Shown: positions 1 through 13,411 of the stretch, in pieces
Layout: every line of letters begins with the position of its first letter
Numbering within the stretch: position 1 is the first letter of the stretch
Source of the DNA: Eledone cirrhosa
Lineage: Eukaryota
Length of the DNA: 64,000 nucleotides
Reading direction: 5' to 3'
Assembly (NCBI GenBank): GCA_964016885.1
Contig: CAXHJY010000225.1
Span: 1-64,000 of the forward strand
Position numbers and translations under genes: made by a program
The notes under the pieces: model-generated
What the model was told of the DNA's origin: nothing
What the model saw: the letters and a program-made list of their open reading frames with translations, nothing else
Database searches by the model: none

Positions 1-164
1 TACATATATATATTAGACCTTCATCCAATCGGATGACTTGTTCTCCAGGTTTCTGCGGAAAAATACATATAGTAATATATATTTACTAACACTATACATA
101 TACTTTTAAACGCAAATTCCCTTGAATATTGTACTGGATGTGTAAATATATGTATGTATGTATA

Positions 165-2271
165 ATATATCTGATATGTATGTATCTATAGTATATCTGA
201 TATGTATGTATAGTATATCTGATATGTATCGATAGTATATCTGATATATATCTATAGTATATCTGATATGTATGTAACTATAGTATATCTAATATGTATC
301 TATAGTATATCTAATATGTATCTATAGTATATCTAATATGTATCTATAGTATATCTAATATGTATCTATAGTATATCTAATATGTATCTATAGTATATCT
401 AATATGTATCTATAGTATATCTAATATGTATCTATAGTATATCTAATATGTATCTATAGTATATCTAATATGTATCTATAGTATATCTAATATGTATCTA
501 TAGTATATCTAATATGTATCTATAGTATATCTAATATGTATCTATAGTATATCTAATATGTATGTAACTATAGTATATCTAATATGTATGTATCTATAGT
601 ATATCTGATATGTATGTATCTATAGTATATCTAATATATATATATCTATAGTATATCTAATATGTATATATCTATAGTATATCTAATATGTATGTATCTA
701 TAGTATATCTAATATATATCTATAATATATCTAATATGTATCTATAGTATATCTAATATGTATCTATAATATATCTGATATGTATGTATCTATAGTATAT
801 CTAATATGTATATATCTATAGTATATCTAATATGTATATATCTATAGTATATCTGATATGTATGTATCTATAGTATATCTAATATGTATCTATAGTATAT
901 CTAATATGTATCTATAGTATATCTAATATGTATCTATAGTATATCTGATATGTATGTATCTATAGTATATCTGATATGTATGTATCTATAGTATATCTAA
1001 TATGTATGTATCTATAGTATATCTGATATGTATGTATCTATAGTATATCTGATATGTATGTATCTATAGTATATCTAATATGTATGTATCTATAGTATAT
1101 CTAATATGTATGTAACTATAGTATATCTAATATGTATCTATAGTATATCTAATATGTATCTATAGTATATCTAATATGTATCTATAGTATATCTAATATG
1201 TATCTATAGTATATCTAATATGTATCTATAGTATATCTAATATGTATCTATAGTATATCTAATATGTATCTATAGTATATCTAATATGTATCTATAGTAT
1301 ATCTAATATGTATCTATAGTATATCTAATATGTATCTATAGTATATCTAATATGTATCTATAGTATATCTAATATGTATGTAACTATAGTATATCTAATA
1401 TGTATGTATCTATAGTATATCTGATATATATGTATCTATAGTATATCTAATATATATATATCTATAGTATATCTAATATGTATCTATAGTATATCTAATA
1501 TGTATGTATCTATAGTATATCTAATATATATCTATAATATATCTAATATGTATCTATAGTATATCTAATATGTATCTATAGTATATCTAATATGTATCTA
1601 TAGTATATCTAATATATATCTATAATATATCTAATATGTATCTATAGTATATCTAATATGTATCTATAGTATATCTAATATGTATCTATAGTATATCTAA
1701 TATGTATCTATAGTATATCTAATATATATCTATAATATATCTAATATGTATCTATAGTATATCTAATATGTATCTATAGTATATCTAATATGTATCTATA
1801 GTATATCTAATATGTATCTATAGTATATCTAATATGTATCTATAGTATATCTAATATGTATCTATAATATATCTGATATGTATGTATCTATAGTATATCT
1901 GATATGTATGTATCTATAGTATATCTAATATGTATATATCTATAGTATATCTAATATGTATATATCTATAGTATATCTAATATATATCTATAATATATCT
2001 AATATGTATCTATAGTATATCTAATATGTATCTATAGTATATCTAATATGTATATATAGTATATCTAATATATATCTATAATATATCTAATATGTATCTA
2101 TAGTATATCTAATATGTATCTATAGTATATCTAATATATATCTATAGTATATCTAATATATATCTATAATATATCTAATATGTATCTATAGTATATCTAA
2201 TATGTATCTATAGTATATCTGATATGTATGTATCTATAGTATATCTAATATGTATGTAACTATAGTATATC
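165..2271. repeat. 22-bp minisatellite (TATCTATAGTATATCTAATATG)n with 26-bp variants
   Basis: Unit read directly over about 2.1 kb; variants carry an extra TATG/TATA. Confidence 0.97.
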
Positions 2272-2274
2272 TTA

Positions 2275-2610
2275 GTTGCTTAGTGTTGGAACTTCCGTCA
2301 GTTCCGATGACAATTCTCCCAGTTATTCGAACTATGAAACAGCCTGCTCTTGTAATTGACGTGCAGGTGACTGATCATTCCACAGAGACGTGTACCATTA
2401 AGGTAGTTCTTGTGGTGATTCAGCGTGACACAGTGTCTGACAAGGCTGCACTTTGAAATTACAGGTACAATTTATTTTTGCTGTTTGAATGCATCGAGTA
2501 ACATCAAATAAAATGCCTTTCTCAAGGAAATAACGTACTACCGAGATTCGAACTCACGACCTTATGGTTATGAGCCAAACACCCAAACTGCAAGCCAGCG
2601 GTCTTCAGAG
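2275..2610 (-). mobile_element. Degraded tRNA-derived SINE (family B)
   Basis: A B-box-like GAGTTCGAATC on the minus strand at about 2546-2556. The body is shared with 57730-58132 (tccgtcagtt..gacg, cgtgaca, acaggtacaa). Confidence 0.6.
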
Positions 2611-3323
2611 CAATTAAATATATTCTTACTTAACACACTAGTGTGTGTTGTGGTAATTGACTTATACTACTTAGCTAGGAGAAGGAAGGGCGCTGATCAC
2701 GACTCTCTTTAAGACTTTCTTCACTTGGCTGAGAAATGTAGTATATTAACCCTAGACTGAAGACATGGATCAAGTGATTACAATAGTGTGAATGTCATTA
2801 AAATCAGCTAAGAGTAAAACGGAGCCGTTAGACCCTCGATAGCCAAGTATCGATAGCTAATATCGACAAATATTACACACTTGTTCACTGTGTTATGAGT
2901 AATATAACTTTCATGAAATAATAACCAAATACTGGGCTTTGGTTGACTGTTTCTTTTTGTGTCAGTTTTCATCAAGACCTCCAGTGTCTACATCGGTCCC
3001 TGAATTGGATGTTTTCTCCGCAAAATCCAGAGGAATGCATCTCACACAAGAAAGAAACCTTGTGTGATTGGTATTAATGGCAGTTCTCACCGGCAATGCT
3101 TACACCATCTTTTCTACTAGTGATGTGTGATGAATGCAATTGAGATACATCACCCAGCCAAGTGTGAAGAGCTTTTCGCCCACCATTGTTTTTTTTGTTT
3201 TTTTTTCTCTTCTTGATTGTAGATCTATAAAAGTAAATATGAACTGTTGAATCAATAAATTATTTCGATGTAAAAGCAAGAATATTGAACATCGTTAAGG
3301 GTCTAAGTGATATAGATTAGTTA

Positions 3324-4107
3324 CAACTGGGATTCGATATTTCACCCTTTACATATCACATTGAGGGGTCTAGGGCAGATATCCAACTGGGATCCGATAT
3401 TTCGTCCTTTACATATCACATCGAGGGGTCTAGGGCAGATATTCAACTGGGATCTGATATTTCGTCCTTTACATATCACATCGACGGGTCTAGGGCAGAT
3501 ATCCAACTGGGATCCGATATTTCGTCCTTTACATATCACATCGAGGGGTCTAGGGCAGATATTCAACTGGGATCTGATATTTCGTCCTTTACATATCACA
3601 TCGAAGGGTCTAGGGCAGATATCCAACTGGGGTCTGATATGTCGTCCTTTACATATCACATCGAGGGGTCTAGGGCAGATATCCAACTGGGGTCTGATAT
3701 GTCGTCCTTTACATATCACATCGAGGGGTCTAGGGCAAATATCCAACTGGGGTCTGATATTTCGTCCTTTACATATCACATCGAGGGGTCTAGGGCAGAT
3801 ATCCAACTGGGGTCTGATATTTCGTCCTTTACATATCACATCGAGGGGTCTAGGGCAGATATTCAACTGGGGTCTGATATGTCGTCCTTTACATATCACA
3901 TCGAGGGGTCTAGGGCAAATATCCAACTGGGGTCTGATATTTCGTCCTTTACATATCACATCGAGGGGTCTAGGGCAGATATCCAACTGGGGTCTGATAT
4001 TTCGTCCTTTACATATCACATCGAGGGGTCTAGGGCAGATATCCAACTGGGGTCTGATATGTCGTCCTTTACATATCACATCGAGGGGTCTAGGGCAGAT
4101 ATTCAAC
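3324..4107. repeat. 60-bp minisatellite, about 13 copies
   Basis: Near-identical 60-bp lines. The ORFs at 3342, 3361 and 3639 are 20-aa periodic by-products. Confidence 0.97.
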
Positions 4108-4631
4108 GTTCATCATCTTTGTGTGTGATTCATCATATGATAAAATATTGAAAGTAAAATTCCACTTCGCACATCAGTGAATTTCAGTGACAAACATTCC
4201 TCGTTTATCACACAACCGTTTATCAATTGTGGAATACGAGTTATCGTGATATAATTGAAACGCAGCTGTATTTAGTTTATCACACCAGGGGTTTCTTTAG
4301 CTGTGAAATATTATAATCATAATCTAAATAGTATCGACAAACGATTAAATAGAATTTGACGTGGCCAGAACTGATCTGCAATGTAGCTTTTCATACATGA
4401 GTTGGTGTATATTGAAATATAATTTATCACGCTATAGACTGATCAAATATGCTTCAGTAATGGTGGGGAAAGACATCATTTCATTAAATAATCATTTGTG
4501 AATGTGTGTTGCGGGTTTATCGTTCTGAAATCTCCGGTGTCTGAGACACAGATTTACTAAGCTAGTATTAAATGTTCACAAGTAGTTTCAAGGCGGAATA
4601 GACATCTTACGTTTAAGTCCTACATAATATA

Positions 4632-4820
4632 ATTGTTTCTATTTTTTGCACAAGGCCAGCAATAAACCAGTGCATTACTGGTACTTTATTACATCGACCC
4701 CGTAAGGATGAAGGGCAAAGTTAAACTCGGCGGGATTTGAACTCAGACCGTAAAGGGGCGTAACTCTATGCTACAAAGCCTGCGTCCGACCGTCTAGCGA
4801 TACTACCAATCTACCGCCTT
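4632..4820 (-). mobile_element. tRNA-derived SINE (family A)
   Basis: Reverse complement of the family consensus GGCGG..TTGGCAGTATCGGTAGA (A box) / GAGTTCAAATCCCGCCGAG (B box) / CCTTACGGGGTCGATAAAATAAAGTACCAGT / GGCCTTGTGCC. Confidence 0.85.
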
Positions 4821-5064
4821 AAGTTCTACATAATATAATAGGAATGAACCAGGGAACTATATATGTGTATTCTAGACATATGTGTGTTTGCTAGAAATAG
4901 TAGCTAAAGTGATTTCAATCCCACCCTACTGTCTTAGAAAAGACAGCCTCGTTGGCCAGCGTCATTCTAGATATGTAACTGGATGTGATGGGCAACATTG
5001 GAGAACTTCCAATAATGTCTTTTCAAGTAGGGCTGACGTGGGGCCTAATCAATAACACCGATCG

Positions 5065-5165
5065 TCGAGGTTAACTTTGCCTTTCATTCTTACGGGGTCG
5101 ATAAAATAAAGTACCAGTAATGCACTGGGTAATTGCTGGCCTTGTGCCGAAAGAAGAAACAATTA
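5065..5165 (+). mobile_element. SINE family A, 5'-truncated
   Basis: CGAGGTTAACTTTGCCTTTCAT...GTCGATAAAATAAAGTACCAG...GGCCTTGTGCC. Confidence 0.8.
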
Positions 5166-5190
5166 TATGTATATATATATATGAATATAT

Positions 5191-5337
<147 letters not shown>

Positions 5338-6050
5338 GTGTGGTTGATTGCTGAGAAAAAGGAGTACTCAATGCCGAAGTAGAGTGTTAATATATATTTA
5401 TCAAGCCTAAATAGTGAGTCTTGTTACTCTGAAGTGATAAACAGGCGAAATTCCTGAGTTCCAAGAGTTACTATTTAGTCTCAATAAATGAATATATATA
5501 TTAAAAGTTGATACAGGGTTTCAGGATTCACATGACAGTTAATAAATGCCCGTATTTATAGATATAAGTCCATGAATGACACATTGTCTCTAGATACATC
5601 AACAGTTTTACCAAAACAATCTTCCTTGAGATTCTCGTATTTGTTCCTATTCCTGACAGTTAATTAAATCAAGTCATTGTAAATAAAAAGGTGTTTGTAC
5701 ATAGACACCTGCATTAAAATCACTGTTGTAGATATATGAGCCAGCAACTATGTCATACTTTAACCCTCTTCCTACAAGACCAACTGAATTCGCCTCTGGT
5801 CCTAGGCTGTCTTTCATTAGAAATGTGGAACAAAAAGACAACACCTTAATTCTTCAACTATTTTACGGGCAAATATTTGTTTATGTAGAATTGGTAGGGC
5901 GTCGGACAACATCCTACCATTTATTCCGGCTCTTTATATATATATGAGGGCGGTCGACGCAGTTACAAGCTGCTGCAATACCGGCCGCCCTCTTGTCTCT
6001 GATTTAAACACCAACGATTTTTATGTTATATTCCTTCGTTATATTTTGAA

Positions 6051-6108
6051 TTACCTGATGATGTCACCGGATTCATACTGAACCCGGTCATTGAAATGAT
6101 CATAGTAA
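6051..6108 (+). ncRNA. Type I hammerhead ribozyme motif in a small (TA)n-flanked element (about 5946-6160)
   Basis: ttac-CTGATGA-stem II (accggattca/tgaacccggt)-GAAA-tgatca (palindromic stem III)-TA-gtaa, followed by AATAAA. Same family as 15299. Confidence 0.8.
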
Positions 6109-6263
6109 AATAAACCTTTCAAGGATTTACACCAGAACATGCCTCCTGTTATTTTGTAATAATATATATATATATATATAAGTTTATCCCGGGTTCAATC
6201 GGAGGTAACCACAGTAAGTAAAGTACTCAATACAAAGCAGAGTATAAATATTTAATATAGAAA

Positions 6264-6314
6264 GGCTCCTACAGGACTAGAACTGTTTCATTCGGGAGAA
6301 ATCATCAGGAAGCC
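6264..6314 (-). ncRNA. Type I hammerhead ribozyme motif in fold-back 6259-6361
   Basis: Minus strand: ggcttc-CTGATGA-t ttc tccc gaa t-GAAA-cag ttctagtc ctg-TA-ggagcc. The plus-strand mirror copy lacks 2 nt of stem III. Confidence 0.75.
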
Positions 6315-6507
6315 TGATGATTTCTCCCGAATGAAAGTTCTAGCCCTGTAGAAGCCTTTCTTTACTATATATATATATATATATATATGAAAGACGTTAA
6401 ATAGGAAAATTATAAAAATTAAGAACCACAAAGTTACTAAGATAAAACCTATATATTTGGAAGCATAGGTATGCATCTGTATATATATGTTGGTAGATAT
6501 ACTAATT

Positions 6508-7079
<572 letters not shown>

Positions 7080-7120
7080 CGATATTAAATAAATGGAAAC
7101 TATATTTATAAAACCATATC

Positions 7121-7186
7121 TATTTCATTATATATATTTCAGGGATATCATATTAACAATATGTTATGCCTTCCTCAGACAAAATA
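7121..7186 (-). ncRNA. Hammerhead motif (mirror of 8442-8507)
   Basis: Reverse complement of the 8442 motif. Confidence 0.75.
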
Positions 7187-8441
7187 CAATATAGACAGTT
7201 TTATAGATAAATAGATTTGACATACCGTTCAACATCGACTTGTATTTGAAAAAGTTGATTTGGCAGTGAAAAATTGTAAACAGAAAGAAAGAAAGAGAGA
7301 AAGAAGGAAAGAAAGAAAGAAAACGAAGAAAAAGAAGAAAAAGAAGAAATGCATGGAACAAAATAGAGAGATGGAAAGATAGATAAAGAGAAGAACTTCA
7401 TGTAAAGAAACAGAGAGAGATATATATAGAGAGAGGAAATAGATAGAGATAGATATATATAGAGAAAAGTAGGTAGTTGGACATCCGTTGAATGAACGTA
7501 TCAATGATACATTTATTTATTTATTTATTTATTTAGCTCTAGTATTAATGTAAGGGAGATATATGTGGTTATTATTATTATTATTATTATTTTTTGTTTG
7601 TTTCTGATATTTTTTTATTAATATATTGAAATCTGTTCTCTATTTCTGCTTGATAGATAATCATGTAGAGTAAAGACAAGAATAGTATTGTTAAAATTAA
7701 TATAGACTATATATATATGTGTATATATATATACACATATATGTATACTTAAATTTTTATAGCACAATGAGAATGTTCTCCGTGTGAAATAAGGGTTTGC
7801 AGAGTTGATCACGTAAATTCACATCGATGTTTGTAGTTATCATATAAACATATGAATTTTTAAAACTAAACATAAGATCATTACTTTTCACACATTATGG
7901 ATACGTGTCTCATTCAGGAATACTGATATTTACATTATAGTGCCTGGTTTTTATACGTACTAATATTTCTGTATTAAAACATAGGGTTTTTAAATTATGC
8001 CTCGCCTATGTCTGGATACTTTTCATTTTTCTCTATATATAACGGGTGGTTTCTTTCCTAACCACATATATCTCCCTTACATTAATACTAGAGCTAAATA
8101 AATAAATAAATAAATAAATGTATCATTGATACGTTCATTCAACGGATGTCCAACTACCTACTTTTCTCTATATATATCTATCTCTATCTATTTCCTCTCT
8201 CTATATATATCTCTCTCTCTGTTTCTTTACATGAAGTTCTTCTCTTTATCTATCTTTCCATCTCTCTATTTTGTTCCATGCATTTCTTCTTTTTCTTCTT
8301 TTTCTTTGTTTTCTTTCTTTCCTTCTTTCTCTCTTTCTTTCTTTCTGTTTACAATTTTTCACTGCCAAATCAACTTTTTCAAATACAAGTCGATGTTGAA
8401 CGGTATGTCAAATCTATTTATCTATAAAACTGTATATATTG

Positions 8442-8507
8442 TATTTTGTCTGAGGAAGGCATAACATATTGTTAATATGATATCCCTGAAATATATATAA
8501 TGAAATA
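8442..8507 (+). ncRNA. Type I hammerhead ribozyme motif
   Basis: tattttgt-CTGAGGA-aggcat...atccct-GAAA-tatata-TA-atgaaata. Confidence 0.78.
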
Positions 8508-8634
8508 GATATGGTTTTATAAATATAGTTTCCATTTATTTAATATCGTAAATATACTCCAAATACTTGTTGAGTGCTTTTATATCAGTTATAAATATTT
8601 ACTAGTTGTAACCCAACAATTTAAATATAACTTT

Positions 8635-8726
<92 letters not shown>

Positions 8727-9971
8727 TATTTATATACACAGCTATATACTGTAATTGTATAATATATATATATATGTAGCTATCTGCAGTATTTATATAC
8801 ACAGTTATATACTGTAGTTGTATACACAATTATATACAGACAGTGATCTGTAACATATTTAATCCAATAAGTAAGTTGGTTTGTTTTAGTCAGTTAATCG
8901 GTAATAATGCTGCCAAATTGATTTGTTTCTTTATGCAAGCCAGAGTTTCACACATCAATGGAACGAGACGAAAGCTATGTCAATTCAATAATCCTACTTT
9001 CAATGGAAATCATGGCACTGTTAAAGTGTTACTTTTATTATTCAATATAGAACGGGGAAGGAAGAGAAGGTGGGGGACATGGGGTGAGAGAGAGGGTGAG
9101 TGGGGGGGAGAGGGAGGGGGGCGGTGTGGGGAAAGAGGGAGAGAGAGTGAAACGTAGGAGGAAGTTAGAAGCTTGGTATTGTGTCTCCTGTAAAGCAATA
9201 AAAACACATTAAACCAGGGTCTCTCAGTGGTACTCTAGGAGTAAATAAAAGTTCAGGGCTCTACTGAGAGAGAATTTACTAATTTGGATTCATTAATCTT
9301 TCTATAACAAGATATCATAACAATGACAGATATTGTACAACTTATAGAGTACTAAACATGAACATTCCTCAGTGCAGTCTCTCTATTTCATATTGAAATG
9401 GAAAGGGAAAAGTTAAACATCTTTCTTAAAGGAGAAGTTACTTAAAGGAGTTACAATCATAAAAGAAATTAGTATTAAGGTGGAGAGACAAAACTGTTTG
9501 TAAAATAACCCAATGTTTGTGCGAGTCTTGATCCTATTTGTTGAATCAGGATTTACCCAAGTACATTGGCCAACTGGGAAACCCTTTGAACATAGAATGG
9601 GGTGATTTTTGGCTCACACTCACAACGTAATATTCCTCATCTTTTCGGTACCAAAAAAAAACACCTCCTTCCCATTAAAAATCTTTGATGATTCTTATCT
9701 CGTGTAAATTGGATTAAATACTGGTAAATTAGTTGCTTTGTCATTTTATATTCCATTAATTTACTTGAGGGCAAATAGAAATTACAATTTCTTACACGAA
9801 ATCTATCAAGTGAAAGGTTTGTGGAGTTCTGATCATGACCAAGTCAGTGATAACCCCTCTACATGGTCCCTTGACATGCTAAAAATAGGAGGACAAATCT
9901 CGTTGAAAATACACTCAACTCCTGTCATGATATATAAGAGACGTATTGGATAATGTGTTTTTAAATAGATA

Positions 9972-10158
9972 ATTGTTTCTACTTTAGGCACAAGGCCAGC
10001 AATTACCCAGTGTATTACTGGTACTTTATTTTATCGACCCCGTAAGGATGAAAGGCAAAGTCAACCTCGGCGGGATTTGAACTCAGATCGTAAAGGGTCG
10101 TAACTATGCTGCAAAGCATGGCGTCCGACCCTCTACTGATACTGCCAATCCACCGCCC
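9972..10158 (-). mobile_element. SINE family A
   Basis: Full-length match to the other copies. Confidence 0.85.
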
Positions 10159-10490
10159 ATTTAAATAGATAATATTTAAATAGATATTCGAGAGAGTAAC
10201 AAGATAATCATATTTTAACACAATTGATTACAATCCTCCTTCCTGAACCCACTGAACCGAGATTAAACAAGAGAATTGTCAGAACGAACGTTACTCTGTA
10301 AACTTACGGTATCCTGTTTATAATAGAAACACTTCTAAGTTGTGTAAGATTTCTAAGGTGTCGATTCTTGTTGAACCCTAAACCGCACCTCGTGGTTACA
10401 ATGTCATCTTAACCTCACAGTCATGTCTACACCCATTTCTTTACATAAATTTAGGATCATCTACAATATATACTTAATCTAATATACTGA

Positions 10491-10695
10491 GAATATTTTC
10501 AAAATAGAATTAGAAGCTTTCACCGTAAATTTACCAAAAAAGGAGTCTAATATTAGGGCATATGAACCCCTATAACAGAAACAGGGATTAGCTAATGACC
10601 ATTTTTCAAGGGTTTCATGTGCCTTAATCCTATATTAAACTATTTCCTGTAATCAATTTACGATGAAAGCTTCTAATTTTATTTTCAAAATATTC
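10491..10695. repeat. MITE-like imperfect fold-back, about 205 bp
   Basis: gaatattttcaaaatagaattagaagctttcaccgtaaatt versus aatttacgatgaaagcttctaattttattttcaaaatattc. There is also an inner inverted repeat, ggcatatgaacccct/agggtttcatgtgcc. Confidence 0.6.
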
Positions 10696-10735
10696 AACAT
10701 CCATTGTATTTTAATTCACAAGTCTTAAAACCTGT

Positions 10736-11638
10736 TTAGCCTATAGTATATGTCTTTTATATCATGTATAGTACTTCTGTAGCCTATAGTATAAGTCTTT
10801 CATATCATGTATAGTACTTCTTTAGCCTATAGTATATGTCTTTTATATCATGTATAGTACGTCTTTAGCCTATAGTATAAGTCTTTCATATCATGTATAG
10901 TACCTCTCTAGCCTATAGTATATGTCTTTCATATCATGTACCCTTCCTGGTTAGAAAATCTTTTTTGGAGGAGGAGATAAAAAGATTTTCTAACCAGGAA
11001 GGGTATGGCATGGTCAGCGTGCAATGAGATGCACGCCATATGGACATCTCAACTTACCAACAAGCTAAAACTGGAAATATTCCAAGCAACCATTAAGCCC
11101 ATATTACTTTATGGATCCGAAACTTGGACACTAACATCACAACTTGAGAGGAGATTGGATGGCACATATACCCGCCTCTTAATGAGAGTGCAAAACCTAT
11201 CCTGGAAACGACATCCCACCTTGTCTAAAATCTATGGCAAACTCCCTCGAGCCTCTGCCCTTCTAAAATCCCGGAGAGCTCAATTTGCTGGCCACTGTCA
11301 CCGTGCTAGCAATGAAATCATATCCGCTCTCTTGCTCTGGAACCCTGACTCCAGCCTGACTATGAGTAGGAAGCTGTCATTCCCTGACGTTATCTCTAGG
11401 GATACGGGAATCAGTAAACAGGACCTGGGGGCAGCGATGGGGGACAGGGAATTCTGGGGCATGAGAGTGAGATCCATCATCTCGACAGTAGTCGACGAAT
11501 GATGATGATCATATCATGTATAGTTTCTCTAGCCTATAGTATATGTCTTCCATATCATGTATAGTACTTCTTTAGCCTATAGTATGTCTTACATATGATG
11601 TATAGTACCTCTTTAGCCTATAGTATATGTCTTTCATG
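10736..11638. repeat. 43-bp minisatellite interrupted by a LINE fragment
   Basis: Unit gcctatagtatatgtctttcatatcatgtatagtacttcttta on both sides of 10941-11509. Confidence 0.9.
10941..11509 (+). mobile_element. 5'-truncated RTE-type LINE (C-terminus of ORF2)
   Basis: ORF 11005-11502 contains PILLYGSETWTLT..ERRLDGTYTRLL..NLSWKRH..FAGHC, typical of the region downstream of RT in RTE-clade elements. It has a (GAT)n tail and the TSD catatcatgta at 10930-10940 and 11510-11520. Confidence 0.85.
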
Positions 11639-12014
11639 CGTTAATTCAGATAGTACAGATGTTTCAGTCGTGTCTTGTATATTTTACAAGATAAACGACC
11701 AAGTCTTGTAGTGTTAATTTTGTAGATATGAATTCATTTTATATAATACACCGAGAACAGTTTCTCTTTAACCTATATATGGATTTCATATTATTGTAAT
11801 TGCGAGAGCTAAGATCAGATATTTCAATCAGATCTTGTATTTGTTACATAAACTAACGTAAGCGGAAACGTCGACGACACCGGAAGTTGGAATCTCATAA
11901 CATATCGAATTGGTTAAAGAGAAACTAGCCAAAAGAACAAACATCTTTTATTACCAATATCTTTTAGCCCCAGTCAGCCTTTGCTCATCGAGATGTTTAC
12001 ATTAGAGTTACAAT

Positions 12015-12119
<105 letters not shown>

Positions 12120-12223
12120 TATATATATATATATTTATATATATATATATACACTCATACATATATTCATATATATCTCTCTCTATATATCTGTGTGTGT
12201 GTGAGCATACGGATATAATATGC

Positions 12224-12336
<113 letters not shown>

Positions 12337-12515
12337 AGCAAGATGTATGGTAGGTCGTATGTGAATCGCGATGATCACGTTTGACCTACCAAATATTGCT
12401 GTCGGCAATAAACTTGTTATAATGTCATAATAGTTCCTTTGTTCTTTTTCATTAATATATATATATATGTATGTATGTATATATATATATATACATGTAT
12501 GTATGTATATATATG

Positions 12516-12555
<40 letters not shown>

Positions 12556-12562
12556 CATATAC

Positions 12563-12610
<48 letters not shown>

Positions 12611-12612
<2 letters not shown>

Positions 12613-12661
12613 TTTCAGAAGATCCCGTTAAGGGTGAAAGCAGCGATTCTTTGCTTAAACT
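12611..12661 (+). ncRNA. Hammerhead-like motif with variant core CAGAAGA
   Basis: agttt-CAGAAGA-t ccc gtta aggg t-GAAA-gca...tgc-TT-aaact. Same family at 39041-39176 and 40915-41095. Confidence 0.5.
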
Positions 12662-12685
12662 TTAATCTGTTATTTTAATAAATAT

Positions 12686-12742
<57 letters not shown>

Positions 12743-12840
12743 TATTAAGTTGTTAAACAATATTCGATGATTATGTCAAAGAATGAGTTTTACAGTAGAT
12801 TGTAAGCACTCAACGGTAAAAAGATTTTCAGGAGTTATTA

Positions 12841-13159
12841 ATATTAAAATATAAGTAATAATAAAATAGATGTTCTTTTGATCAATTACATTTTATTATA
12901 CATATTTCGGATGTACAACAGTACGTCCTCATCAGACACAATATAATGATACATGACATACCCGGAGATGTTAAATGGTTAAGATTTAATCAAGATAGTG
13001 TCTACCTTGATTAAATCTTAACCATTTAACATCTCCGGGTATGTCATGTATCATTATATTGTGTCTGATGAGGACGTACTGTTGTACATCCGAAATATGT
13101 ATAATAAAATGTAATTGATCAAAAGAACATCTATTTTATTAATACTTATATTTTAATAT
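12841..13159. mobile_element. Near-perfect 319-bp palindrome (centre about 13000) with an HHR in each arm
   Basis: The arms are reverse complements around a 3-nt loop (tgt); (TA)n lies on both sides of the island. Confidence 0.9.
13058..13110 (+). ncRNA. Type I hammerhead ribozyme motif (mirror at 12890-12942, minus strand)
   Basis: attgtgt-CTGATGA-ggacgtac tgtt gtacatcc-GAAA-tatgta-TA-ataaaat. Confidence 0.75.
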
Positions 13160-13261
13160 ATATATATGTATGTATGTATATATATATATATGCTTATTTT
13201 TGTTGTCTTCATTCCTCTATACACATGCACTAGATACACAAATACACACACACACGTATGC

Positions 13262-13321
<60 letters not shown>

Positions 13322-13411
13322 AGTTTATGTTGGTTGTATACCAACACCTCAGTATGCAGGCTGGAGCACTCGACGAAGTGCGCAGGTTGGTTTGGTTACT
13401 CCGGAGTAGTG

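Noticed and set aside
3324-4151. ORFs of 170-255 aa, and a GGACGAAATATC HHR-like string on the minus strand
   Set aside because: The ORFs are 20-aa periodic translations of a 60-bp repeat open on both strands, and there is no CUGANGA half or stem I.
4720-4820. tRNA gene
   Set aside because: The A and B boxes belong to a multi-copy SINE head; there is no complete cloverleaf.
9410-9650. Possible coding exon on the minus strand
   Set aside because: No convincing splice acceptor, stops in the candidate frames, and no recognisable motif.
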